Source: a virus. Taken from it: a stretch of 64,000 nucleotides of DNA. Positions 21,516 through 30,359 of the stretch are shown piece after piece; position 1 is the stretch's first letter, and the number at the start of each line of letters is the position of its first letter. A model generated the notes under the pieces. That model made no database searches. It was not told where the DNA came from and saw only the letters and a list, made by a program, of their open reading frames with translations. The stretch spans positions 32,001-96,000 of the IMG/VR virus record IMGVR_UViG_3300025598_000023, one strand, 5' to 3'. A program made the translations under genes and the position numbers.

Positions 21516-22136
21516 ATGAATCGTCCTAATGAAACAAGTGGTATTGCACTAAGTGGTCATATTAAAATCTTTGATCCGCAAAGTGGCGAAGTGTTTGTGA
21601 ACAAGCGCAATGCAATTCACTATGAAAACTTCTCACTTGCACTTGCTCAAAGTATAAGCAACCAACAACAAGGTTGGATAAGTGAGATGGCATTTGGTAA
21701 TGGTGGTACAAGCGTTGACCCAACTGGTGTAATTACATACCTTCCAACTAATACTACTGGTAGTAATAGTGCTCTGTACAACCAAACTTATTATAAAGTA
21801 GTTGATAATTATAGCAATTATAATACTGACCCCACAAGAAATAATATTAGTATTCGCCACACCAGTGGCACTGTTTATAGCGATATTTTTGTAACTTGCA
21901 CACTGGATTATGGTGAGCCAAGTGGTCAGCAAGCATTTGACAATACTACAAATTTTAATGATACTTTTGTATTTGATGAACTTGGACTTAAAGCATGGAA
22001 TGGCGTTGCAGTCGATCAAGGTATGTTGCTAACTCATGTTATTTTCCACCCAATACAAAAAAGTCTCAACCGTTTAATTCAAATTGATTATACGGTTCGT
22101 ATTCAAACTCTAACTAACTTGACTTCACAGGTATAA
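21516..22136 (+). CDS. Conserved baseplate/tail structural protein
   Basis: GHIKIFD..KRNAIHYEN..MAFGNGGT..FDELGL..LLTHVIFHPIQKSLNRLIQIDYTVRI; start may be 21453, but 21516 lies downstream of TAAATA. Confidence 0.7.
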   Translation: MNRPNETSGIALSGHIKIFDPQSGEVFVNKRNAIHYENFSLALAQSISNQQQGWISEMAFGNGGTSVDPTGVITYLPTNTTGSNSALYNQTYYKVVDNYSNYNTDPTRNNISIRHTSGTVYSDIFVTCTLDYGEPSGQQAFDNTTNFNDTFVFDELGLKAWNGVAVDQGMLLTHVIFHPIQKSLNRLIQIDYTVRIQTLTNLTSQV

Positions 22137-22138
22137 TC

Positions 22139-23092
22139 ATGACATTTTACATTAACTATACTAACGGTGCAAATTTAGCAGCAATAAGTGATGGAACAAT
22201 TAATACAAGTGCAACTAGTATTACACTTATTGGAAAGAATTTTCCAACTTATGGACAATTATTAAACCAAAATTTAGTTAGTATGTTAGAGAATTTTGCA
22301 AATACAACAAGTCCAAATAATCCATTAGTTGGACAAATTTGGTATAATTCAAGCAATACAAGTTTGCAATTTTATCGTAGTGGTGCTACTAGTAATTTCT
22401 GGCAGTATATTCCAAATATTACATATAGTGCATCTACACCTGAAAGTCCACAGCAAAATGATATTTGGTGGGACAGCACAAATCAACAGTTGAAATATTA
22501 TGACCAAATGAATTGGATTACAATTGGTCCACAAACTACTAATGATGGACTAAATCGTGTAAGTGGAACTAATAGTTTTATTGTTCAGATCGGTGGCAAT
22601 AACGTCTTTACTGTTGATGCTTATGGTCGTTTGAATGCTGCATATAATCCAGTTGTTCAAATGCTTGGAGCATCAAGCCCAACTACAAGCAGTGGATTAA
22701 CATCTCCTACTACATTTACAAACACAACGATGTATCTAAACATTGGTAACTTTTTTAATTCATCTACTGGTATTTTTACTTGTCCAGTCTCTGGAATTTA
22801 TCAAGTAAGTGCTAGTATATCAACTATTGGCAATCCATCCAGTCCAAACAGCCAACTTAACACAAAGATTAGTTGGTGGAAAAACCAAGCTGATAGTGGT
22901 ATTTTGAGTGCATCTATTACTGAAAATGTAGTAACAAGTGGTGGTGGTAGTGTAAGCACAAAAATACCACTTAATGCTTTTGGTTATCTACAATGCAGTG
23001 CTGGTGATTTACTACAATGTGTTTGGTATGGTGATGTTGGTGACCAAGTAGATAATGCTACTCTAAACCTGAGCATAAGATTAGTTCAATAA
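22139..23092 (+). CDS. Tail-fibre-like protein with C-terminal C1q-like domain
   Basis: N-terminal TSITLIGKNFPTYGQLLNQNL..LENFA..P..GQIW module shared with the next two genes; NIGNFFNSSTGIFTCPVSGIYQVS is a C1q signature. Confidence 0.7.
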   Translation: MTFYINYTNGANLAAISDGTINTSATSITLIGKNFPTYGQLLNQNLVSMLENFANTTSPNNPLVGQIWYNSSNTSLQFYRSGATSNFWQYIPNITYSASTPESPQQNDIWWDSTNQQLKYYDQMNWITIGPQTTNDGLNRVSGTNSFIVQIGGNNVFTVDAYGRLNAAYNPVVQMLGASSPTTSSGLTSPTTFTNTTMYLNIGNFFNSSTGIFTCPVSGIYQVSASISTIGNPSSPNSQLNTKISWWKNQADSGILSASITENVVTSGGGSVSTKIPLNAFGYLQCSAGDLLQCVWYGDVGDQVDNATLNLSIRLVQ

Positions 23093-23096
23093 CCAA

Positions 23097-23102
23097 TAAA
23101 TA
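23097..23102 (+). promoter_or_regulatory. TAAATA late-promoter-like motif
   Basis: Intergenic ATAAATA upstream of ATG 23122. Confidence 0.6.
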
Positions 23103-23121
23103 ATAATGTTGGGAAGTTGCA

Positions 23122-24750
23122 ATGTCTTATAGCGTTAAAAATTCAGCACAAACAGTTACATACACAGTTGCAGATGGCGCAGCTAATACAAATGCTATAA
23201 GTTTAACATTTCTTGGAAAAAATGAAACCAATTACGGAACATATCTAAATCAAAACTTTTTATGGTTATTAGAAAACTTTAGTAATACAAGTTCTAATCC
23301 ACCAAACTATCCTGTGCAAGGTCAATTGTGGTGGGACAGCACTCATAAGTTTTTGAATGTATATGACGGTGTTAACTGGAATACAGTTTATGGCAATATT
23401 GCAAACTTAAATGTCAATAATAGTGCAAGTTTTAGCACAATTACTGCTGCCACAATAGGTAATAGTGGAACCATCTATACAGGTTTGAGTGCAAATCTTG
23501 TTGGCGGAGTTACAAGTGTTGGACAAAATTTTAATGCTAATCCTGTAAGCACAGACGCTGGCAGAATATTTGGGGTTTATAATCTTAACTACATGCCAGG
23601 CGCTAGTTATAGCCCTTCTGATAATCGTATTTTTGATTTTGGAGTTACTACTGGTAATATTGCATATGTTAGAACAAATGGTTCTAATGGAGTACAATGG
23701 TATGCGGCTGGTAATGGAACAAGTTTTAATAATGCAGTGCTCCCAATTAGTAACGCGAGTATAAACCTTGGCAGTACAACTAATTACTGGAATAACATTT
23801 ATGGTGCTAATGTTTATGGTGTAAATGTTAACGCAGCCAATGGAACATTTCTTACAAGTTTGGGTGTTGGAACAAATTCGCCGCTGTATACACTTGACGT
23901 AAAGAGTCCAAGTGGCGAGTACCGAACTGCTATTTTTGAAACAGCAAGCACACTTGGTCCATCAGTTCAAATTAAAGGTAGTAAAATTTACGAACTAAGA
24001 AGCACTGATACTGGTGCAAGTGAAGGTGCTGGATTATTTTTTATCTATGATAAAGATAATAATGTTTCTCGCTTTACTGTGAATAGTAACGGTTATATAG
24101 GTATCGGTGGAGTAACATCACCAACTGCACCATTAGATGTAAATGGTAATATTACTGCACGTGCTGCAAATATCTATGCAGCAAATCAAATTGCAAATAC
24201 TGCAATATACAGTGCATCATATTATTGGGCAAATGGCACACCATTTGTAAGTTCAAATTATGGCAACACACAAGTTGCTGGTTATCTTGGTGTTGTTGCA
24301 ACAAGTATTGTTCCTTCTGTTAGCAACACTTATACTTTAGGTAGTTCAACAAATTGGTGGACTACAGCCTATACGCAAAGCGTACAGGCAAAATACGCTG
24401 ACTTGGCTGAAAAATACTTACCTGATGCTGATTATGAAGTTGGCACCGTAATGATGGTTGGTGGCGTCAATGAAGTAACACAGCACGATGGCAGCAACGT
24501 TCGTGCTATTGGAGTTATAAGTGAATATCCAGCTTATACGATGAATAGTGATCAAGAAGGCGGTGTATACATTGCACTTAAAGGTCGTGTGCCCGTTAGA
24601 GCTATCGGTCCTATTAAAAAAGGTCAAGCACTTATTGGAACTGCTCATGGTTTAGCAATCGCGCAAACAGATGACAGCCAGTGGATGTTTGCAATATCAC
24701 TACAAGACTTGAATGATAGTGTAGGCATAGTAGAAGCTGTAATACTTTAA
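23122..24750 (+). CDS. Tail fibre with C-terminal intramolecular chaperone/autocleavage (peptidase G2-like) domain
   Basis: Shared N-terminal module; GIGxxSPxxxLDV fibre repeats; YADLAEKY..GTVM..VIS..PAYxMN..IALKGRVPV. Confidence 0.75.
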   Translation: MSYSVKNSAQTVTYTVADGAANTNAISLTFLGKNETNYGTYLNQNFLWLLENFSNTSSNPPNYPVQGQLWWDSTHKFLNVYDGVNWNTVYGNIANLNVNNSASFSTITAATIGNSGTIYTGLSANLVGGVTSVGQNFNANPVSTDAGRIFGVYNLNYMPGASYSPSDNRIFDFGVTTGNIAYVRTNGSNGVQWYAAGNGTSFNNAVLPISNASINLGSTTNYWNNIYGANVYGVNVNAANGTFLTSLGVGTNSPLYTLDVKSPSGEYRTAIFETASTLGPSVQIKGSKIYELRSTDTGASEGAGLFFIYDKDNNVSRFTVNSNGYIGIGGVTSPTAPLDVNGNITARAANIYAANQIANTAIYSASYYWANGTPFVSSNYGNTQVAGYLGVVATSIVPSVSNTYTLGSSTNWWTTAYTQSVQAKYADLAEKYLPDADYEVGTVMMVGGVNEVTQHDGSNVRAIGVISEYPAYTMNSDQEGGVYIALKGRVPVRAIGPIKKGQALIGTAHGLAIAQTDDSQWMFAISLQDLNDSVGIVEAVIL

Positions 24751-24751
24751 C

Positions 24752-24757
24752 TAAATA
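24752..24757 (+). promoter_or_regulatory. TAAATA late-promoter-like motif
   Basis: Intergenic CTAAATA upstream of ATG 24779. Confidence 0.6.
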
Positions 24758-24778
24758 TATTTAAAGTGGGTTTTTGCA

Positions 24779-25975
24779 ATGTCTTATACATTAACAGTAG
24801 TTAATCACACACCAATTACGATTCAAAACGGCTCAACCGATAATACAACAAGTTTAACTTTGGTTGGTAAAAATTATCCGAATTATGGTCAACTACTACA
24901 ACAAGATTTAATTAATTTGCTACAAAATTGGGCTGGTTCAAGTCAGCCCGTGAGTGCAGTAACAGGTCAACTTTGGTGGAATACAACATCAAATTCTCTA
25001 CAAATCTATACTGGATCAGCTTTTAAAACAGTTGGTGGTGCCACTGTAAGTGCTACAGCACCTACTGCAACTCCAATACAAGGTGATTTTTGGTTCAAGA
25101 GCGATGACCAGACTGTTTATGTCTATAATGGCAGCAGTTGGGCATTAGTGGGACCAAGTTATACAAGTGCACAGCAGTATACTACTTCAATTGGTATGAC
25201 TATTACTGATAATACTAGTTCAAGTCATACTGTTTTGGCTTACTTTGTGGGTAACTACCTTACTGGTATTCTAAGCAAAGACCCTGCATTTACACCAGTA
25301 AATGGTGTAACTACAGATGGAAAGACCATAAGCACTTTGTCAACAAGTGGTTTTAGCACTATATTACCTGGTTATAATATCAATACTACAATCTTTGGTG
25401 GTTCAACTCCACCACTAAGTGGATTGCTTGTAACTAATGCACAACCTTATATTACAAGCCTTGGAAATTTAACTTCACTTAATGTTAATGGCACGTCTAC
25501 TTTTACAGGTTCTATTCTTCCAAGTACAAGTAATGCTTATACATTGGGTAGTTCAACATATTGGTGGGCAACTGCTTATACCCAAAGTATTCAGGCAAAG
25601 TATGCTGACTTGGCAGAAAATTATTTAAGTGATGATTTGTATGAGCCAGGCACAGTAGTTGAATTTGGCGGTGATGCAGAAATTACAATTTCTACCACAA
25701 TAGGCGGAACAAATGTTGCTGGCGTTATCTCTACAAAACCAGCTTATCTTATGAATCAGAATGATAATCCATTTATGTTACCAGTTGCTCTACAAGGACG
25801 TGTTCCATGTAAAGTAGTTGGACCAGTAACTAAAGGTGACCTTTTAGTAAGTAATGGTTCAGGAGCAGCAATGGCTACTGCAGAACCAAAAGTAGGTAGT
25901 GTAATTGGCAAAGCATTGCAATCAATAGCTGATACAAATATTCAAACAATAGAAGTGGTGGTTGGGGTAAGATAA
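24779..25975 (+). CDS. Tail fibre with C-terminal intramolecular chaperone/autocleavage domain
   Basis: Shared N-terminal module; TNAQPYITSLGNLTSL repeat; YADLAENY..GTVV.FGG..VISTKPAYLMN..VALQGRVPCKV. Confidence 0.75.
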   Translation: MSYTLTVVNHTPITIQNGSTDNTTSLTLVGKNYPNYGQLLQQDLINLLQNWAGSSQPVSAVTGQLWWNTTSNSLQIYTGSAFKTVGGATVSATAPTATPIQGDFWFKSDDQTVYVYNGSSWALVGPSYTSAQQYTTSIGMTITDNTSSSHTVLAYFVGNYLTGILSKDPAFTPVNGVTTDGKTISTLSTSGFSTILPGYNINTTIFGGSTPPLSGLLVTNAQPYITSLGNLTSLNVNGTSTFTGSILPSTSNAYTLGSSTYWWATAYTQSIQAKYADLAENYLSDDLYEPGTVVEFGGDAEITISTTIGGTNVAGVISTKPAYLMNQNDNPFMLPVALQGRVPCKVVGPVTKGDLLVSNGSGAAMATAEPKVGSVIGKALQSIADTNIQTIEVVVGVR

Positions 25976-26370
25976 TGTCTACATTAGCAATTGCAAATTA
26001 TACAGAAGATTCTTATGATACAAATTTACTTGTTGTAATTGATGGTGACAAAAGTGGTGTTGCACTTGCAACACAATCACACGACCCACGTGTTTTGGGT
26101 GTAACTACTGATTTAACAAATGCTGAATTAGTTTTAGGTGAATTTGGTAATGATGGAACATTACCTATGATTGCTGTTGGTGGCAAAGTTCAACTTTATG
26201 TTCAAGGACCAGTAAATCGTGGTGATTGTATTGTTACAAGCAACCAACCTGGTATTGGTCAAAAACTTGATCCTACAAAGTGGGTACCTGGTTGTATCGT
26301 TGGTAAAACACTTGATAATATTGATGATTCAAGTGTAAGTTTAGTAACAGTGGTGGTTGGTTTACACTAA
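25975..26370 (+). CDS. Stand-alone fibre chaperone-like (peptidase G2/IMC-like) domain
   Basis: RVLGV..IAVGGKVQLYVQGPVNRGDCIVTS..IVGKTL..VVVG parallels the C-termini of the two upstream fibres but lacks ADLAE; TAATG overlap with previous gene. Confidence 0.6.
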   Translation: MSTLAIANYTEDSYDTNLLVVIDGDKSGVALATQSHDPRVLGVTTDLTNAELVLGEFGNDGTLPMIAVGGKVQLYVQGPVNRGDCIVTSNQPGIGQKLDPTKWVPGCIVGKTLDNIDDSSVSLVTVVVGLH

Positions 26371-26373
26371 ATA
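26368..26373 (+). promoter_or_regulatory. TAAATA late-promoter-like motif
   Basis: CTAAATA overlapping the previous stop, upstream of ATG 26392. Confidence 0.55.
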
Positions 26374-26391
26374 TACTGTGGGAAATAGAAT

Positions 26392-27297
26392 ATGACTTAT
26401 GCTAGTGGTGGTTTAATTCAGGCAAGTGATTATAATGGTTTTGCAACCAGTGTAAACCAATTATGGGGCACTGGTAGCGGTAGCTATGGTTATGGTCAAA
26501 GCACAACTATCTCACAATCACAAACTGCTGGCACTGTTGTTCCTGCTTCTGATTGGGCAACACTTATTGCTCGTATGAGCACTATGCAACAACATCAGTA
26601 TAATAATACGACTGGCATTCCTTCACAACCAAGCAGCGGTGGTATTGTAACTTATCTTAGTCAGATTTCTACAGCTATCACGAGTTTGCAAAATAACCGC
26701 TTCCAATCATATACATCAACAATAAGTCCTGTTATAGCAAGCACAACCAATTCATCATCTTGGTATACAAGCAGTGTGAAAACATTTACTATAGCTTTTG
26801 GCAGCGATAACCAAGCTCGATATTTCTTTAATTGTGGTGGATACATTAAAATTGATTCCAGTGGTAATAGTATAACCAGTCCAAACGGTGGAACTGCGTG
26901 GAATAGTTTTGTTAATACTGGATTTAATAATTATTTTCTTTTTGCTACAAGTTCTCAACATAGCGGAACTGTTGGAACTTATACTCGTAGCACTTATTTA
27001 AGTGCAAGCGGGTTTTATAATTTAACAAGCACACCTACATCATTTTTGACAATGACGGAAACTGGAACTGGTAACACAAACTACAACGCTAACTCTATTG
27101 ATTTAAAATATAGTTATAATGGAAGTGGAACAATTACTGTAACATTAACACTAACGGATAATGATACAAATCCATTTGGTTACACAAATACTGGTTCAAC
27201 TAATGCTTTTATTCAATATTGGTATCCTGAAACTACGTACATATCTAATACGTGGGGTTCTACTACAACTGTTAATACCGTAAATACCCAAAGTTAA
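26392..27297 (+). CDS. Virion structural protein (tail/baseplate-associated)
   Basis: MTYASGGLIQASDYN..GSYGYGQ..ARYFFNCGG; S/T/G-rich; end of late module. Confidence 0.6.
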   Translation: MTYASGGLIQASDYNGFATSVNQLWGTGSGSYGYGQSTTISQSQTAGTVVPASDWATLIARMSTMQQHQYNNTTGIPSQPSSGGIVTYLSQISTAITSLQNNRFQSYTSTISPVIASTTNSSSWYTSSVKTFTIAFGSDNQARYFFNCGGYIKIDSSGNSITSPNGGTAWNSFVNTGFNNYFLFATSSQHSGTVGTYTRSTYLSASGFYNLTSTPTSFLTMTETGTGNTNYNANSIDLKYSYNGSGTITVTLTLTDNDTNPFGYTNTGSTNAFIQYWYPETTYISNTWGSTTTVNTVNTQS

Positions 27298-27298
27298 T

Positions 27299-27327
27299 TT
27301 GACATTACTATTAACATTTGATAAAAT
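27299..27327 (+). promoter_or_regulatory. sigma70-type promoter for the GT/radical SAM operon
   Basis: TTGACA-N17-TAAAAT with extended -10 TG; ATG 27334 lies 7 nt after the -10 (leaderless geometry). Confidence 0.8.
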
Positions 27328-27333
27328 TATCAC

Positions 27334-27654
27334 ATGACTCCAGAAGAACTGCGTGAACGGGCTATTGAAGCCTACAATCGTGATTTAGCAAAACAAAATA
27401 TTCTAACTGCCATGGAATCACGCATGACAGTAAATTATAATGATGGCGTATTCATCGTAACACAAGAACTTATAAGTTTCTTACATGCTTGGCAAGATGA
27501 ATTGATTTATATGCTTGATGCGTATGATGTTCCAATCCAAGTTGATGCCAACTATCTTAAAAAACTTTGCAAGCAACGCTGGCATGAAGTTATGAATGAA
27601 TTTGCGTTAGAATACGAAGAGTATAAAAAGATTCGTAATGCAAAACAACTCTAA
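27334..27654 (+). CDS. Hypothetical protein, first gene of modification operon
   Basis: 106-aa ORF overlapping the next gene. Confidence 0.7.
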   Translation: MTPEELRERAIEAYNRDLAKQNILTAMESRMTVNYNDGVFIVTQELISFLHAWQDELIYMLDAYDVPIQVDANYLKKLCKQRWHEVMNEFALEYEEYKKIRNAKQL

Positions 27655-28387
27655 AGGTTGTATCATATTTGCATACAACACAGATACTACTGACTATTTT
27701 AGTCAAGCAGTAGCGGCTGCTGACAGGGTAGAGCATTATCTTAACATACCTACAACTATTTTTACAAACGAACCAAGAACTTGTAAACACAATGTCATAC
27801 TTACGGAAACACCAGAAACCAATTATAAACTTAAAAAACTTTGGCTCAATCGTAGCCGAACACGTGCTTTTGAACTTTCACCGTATGATAAGACGCTAGT
27901 AATTGATAGTGATTACTTTTTATGCACCGATAATCTAAACTATCACTTGCAAAGTTCTAAACAATTTTTAATAGCAAGTGAAGTTTATGAACCACTTACT
28001 GGCAAACGCACAGTCTATAATCTTGGTAAAACACAAATACCTATGATGTGGGCAACGGTAATGATTTTTGATAAGAGTGATGAAGCACGATGCATATTTG
28101 AGTGTGCAAGTTATGCTGAAAAACATTATAATTATTATAGTGATTTCTATGGTTTTAAACGACATCCAATACGCAACGACTATATTTTTACAATAGCCTG
28201 TCATCTTATGGGTGGTTATGGCAGCAAGTCATATGCACTACAAAATTATCCACTTGTAAATTGTTATGATATGGCATATCATAGTTGGGATAATAATAAG
28301 TTAGTTTACAAATACGATAGCGGTAAAGTTTATGGCAATCGGTTACAAAATATGGATTTGCATCTTATGAACAAGGATCAACTATGA
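27638..28387 (+). CDS. GT-A fold glycosyltransferase-like protein (DxD)
   Basis: GCIIFAYN..AFELSPYDKTLVIDSDY..WATVMIFDK..RNDYIFTIA. Confidence 0.65.
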   Translation: MQNNSKGCIIFAYNTDTTDYFSQAVAAADRVEHYLNIPTTIFTNEPRTCKHNVILTETPETNYKLKKLWLNRSRTRAFELSPYDKTLVIDSDYFLCTDNLNYHLQSSKQFLIASEVYEPLTGKRTVYNLGKTQIPMMWATVMIFDKSDEARCIFECASYAEKHYNYYSDFYGFKRHPIRNDYIFTIACHLMGGYGSKSYALQNYPLVNCYDMAYHSWDNNKLVYKYDSGKVYGNRLQNMDLHLMNKDQL

Positions 28388-29229
28388 GTCGAGGATTTTT
28401 ATGCATTGCACAGAATAGTGGTGAAACAGATTATTTGCGCATGGCATATCTACAAGCATTAAGTTGCAAGATAACACAATATGCACATCGTAATAGTTTT
28501 AGTGTTATTGTTGATCGTGAAACTGCTGATTGTCTTGAACAAAAACACATTGATGTATTTGATAATATCATTGTTTTAAAAAATGATCTTGCACAAAACA
28601 GCAAGGTAAAAATGCAGAATGAATGTCAAGTTTTTAAGTATAGTCCTTATAAACAAACAATTAAAACCGAAGCAGATATGCTTTTTACGTCTAATTATGA
28701 TTTTATTTGGGATCATTGGGCTTTTGACAAGTTCCACTTTTGCACCCATGTTTATACATATGATGGACATTTAATCAAAGACCGTAGTCAGCGTCAATTG
28801 TTTGATGATAGTTTATTGCCTGATGTGTATAGTGCTTGGACATACTTTACATATGACTTGGAATGCAAAGAATTTTATGATACAATGCGTTTAATTATAG
28901 ATGATTGGGATTATTATCGTGACAGTTATCTTGTAAATTGTCGCTATGATGAACCACGAACCGATGAAGTATATGCGCTGGCTTGTAAAATATTAGATAT
29001 ACCTTATAAAGGAAGCGGTTATGGTTTCTTACATATGAAACCAAAATTACAAAGACTTGGATTACATCAGTCATGGACTGAACAGTTAGATTTAGATGTC
29101 AACGCAGACTTAAATGTAACTATTGGTGGTTATAGACAAAATAAACCGCTGCATTATGTAGAAAAAACCTTTGTTACAGACGAATTGTTAAGTAGATATG
29201 AATATGGATATAAGCGAACAAGAGATTAA
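28384..29229 (+). CDS. GT-A fold glycosyltransferase-like protein (paralog of previous)
   Basis: RGFLCIAQN..YLRMAY..SPYKQTIKTEADML..DVYSAWTYF..FLHMKP..LHYVEK; ATGA overlap. Confidence 0.6.
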   Translation: MSRGFLCIAQNSGETDYLRMAYLQALSCKITQYAHRNSFSVIVDRETADCLEQKHIDVFDNIIVLKNDLAQNSKVKMQNECQVFKYSPYKQTIKTEADMLFTSNYDFIWDHWAFDKFHFCTHVYTYDGHLIKDRSQRQLFDDSLLPDVYSAWTYFTYDLECKEFYDTMRLIIDDWDYYRDSYLVNCRYDEPRTDEVYALACKILDIPYKGSGYGFLHMKPKLQRLGLHQSWTEQLDLDVNADLNVTIGGYRQNKPLHYVEKTFVTDELLSRYEYGYKRTRD

Positions 29230-29428
29230 AGCGTGGTGGGATGAGTTTGAACGTGAACTTGCTACTATGGTTAAACCAAATGATCCAAATCCACCGCCAA
29301 AACCAAGTATGGAACCACCTAGACTACCTTCTTGGAAACGTGGCAACACATATTACACATTGGCAAATGACCGCCAGTTTCCTGTAGAACCCGAACACCC
29401 TAACGCCGTAGGCTGGAATTATGACTGA
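29198..29428 (+). CDS. Small Pro-rich hypothetical protein
   Basis: 76-aa ORF that fills the gap and overlaps both neighbours. Confidence 0.5.
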   Translation: MNMDISEQEIKAWWDEFERELATMVKPNDPNPPPKPSMEPPRLPSWKRGNTYYTLANDRQFPVEPEHPNAVGWNYD

Positions 29429-30359
29429 ATTAATTGATATAAGTGAGTTAGATTGTATTTTTTTGAGTTACAAAGAACCAAATGCTGATAGTAATTGGGC
29501 ATATTTGCGTTCTTTTGTCCCGTGGGCTAAACGTGTGCATGGCATAGAAGGCAGTGATGCAGCGCATAAAGCTGCCGCTGCTGTTAGTGAAACCGAACGT
29601 TTTATTTTGATTGATGGTGATAATCAACCAAATCCAGAGTTTTTTAATCAACAGTTGCGCATTAATCAAACAAATGACCGTTGCGTATTTCGTTGGCGCG
29701 CTAGGAATGTAATAAACGGTCTTTGTTATGGCAACGGTGGGATCAGCAGTTGGACAAAAACTTTTGTAAACAATATGCGAACACATGAAGCCAGTGAAGG
29801 CGATGCCGACACTGTTGTAGAATTTTGCTTTGATGACAACTATTGGGCTATGCATGATGTTTGGAGTACTACTATTCCTAATGGTAGTCCACAACAAGCA
29901 TGGCAAGCTGGATTCCGCGAAGGAGTTAAACTTTGTCTTGACCGTGGTCGTCGTCCTACACCAGAAGAATTTGAAAGTGTTACATGGGTAGGCAATAGAA
30001 CTAATCTTGTTATTTGGTGCACAGTTGGCGCAGATGTAGATTATGGAAAACATGCCATTCTTGGTGCAAGACAAGGTGCTTATAAAACCATGTTTGATGA
30101 TAGTTGGGATTATACTGAAGTGCGTGATTTTAATAAACTTGACAAATTATGGAATAATAGTTTAGAATATAGCGATAAAGAAAGTGAAGGATTTGCTCGT
30201 ATTTTGCGCAACCGTTTAAACCTTGATATTGCAACATACAATGCAGAACAAAGCAAATGGTTTAAAAAGCATCAGCGAACATACCAGAATATTGATATTA
30301 TGTTACCAGAAAGAGACGTAGGAAATGTCATCAAAAGCGCAGCTAGACAACTCTGGTGA
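29421..30359 (+). CDS. Glycosyltransferase-like protein (GT-A, DxD)
   Basis: IFLSYKEPNA..KRVHGIEGSDAAHKAAA..RFILIDGDN..YGNGG..AWQAGFREGVKL. Confidence 0.65.
   Translation: MTELIDISELDCIFLSYKEPNADSNWAYLRSFVPWAKRVHGIEGSDAAHKAAAAVSETERFILIDGDNQPNPEFFNQQLRINQTNDRCVFRWRARNVINGLCYGNGGISSWTKTFVNNMRTHEASEGDADTVVEFCFDDNYWAMHDVWSTTIPNGSPQQAWQAGFREGVKLCLDRGRRPTPEEFESVTWVGNRTNLVIWCTVGADVDYGKHAILGARQGAYKTMFDDSWDYTEVRDFNKLDKLWNNSLEYSDKESEGFARILRNRLNLDIATYNAEQSKWFKKHQRTYQNIDIMLPERDVGNVIKSAARQLW

Noticed and set aside
29198-29428. RiPP precursor for the radical SAM array
   Set aside because: No leader/core pattern, RRE domain, peptidase or transporter; the context is glycosyltransferases
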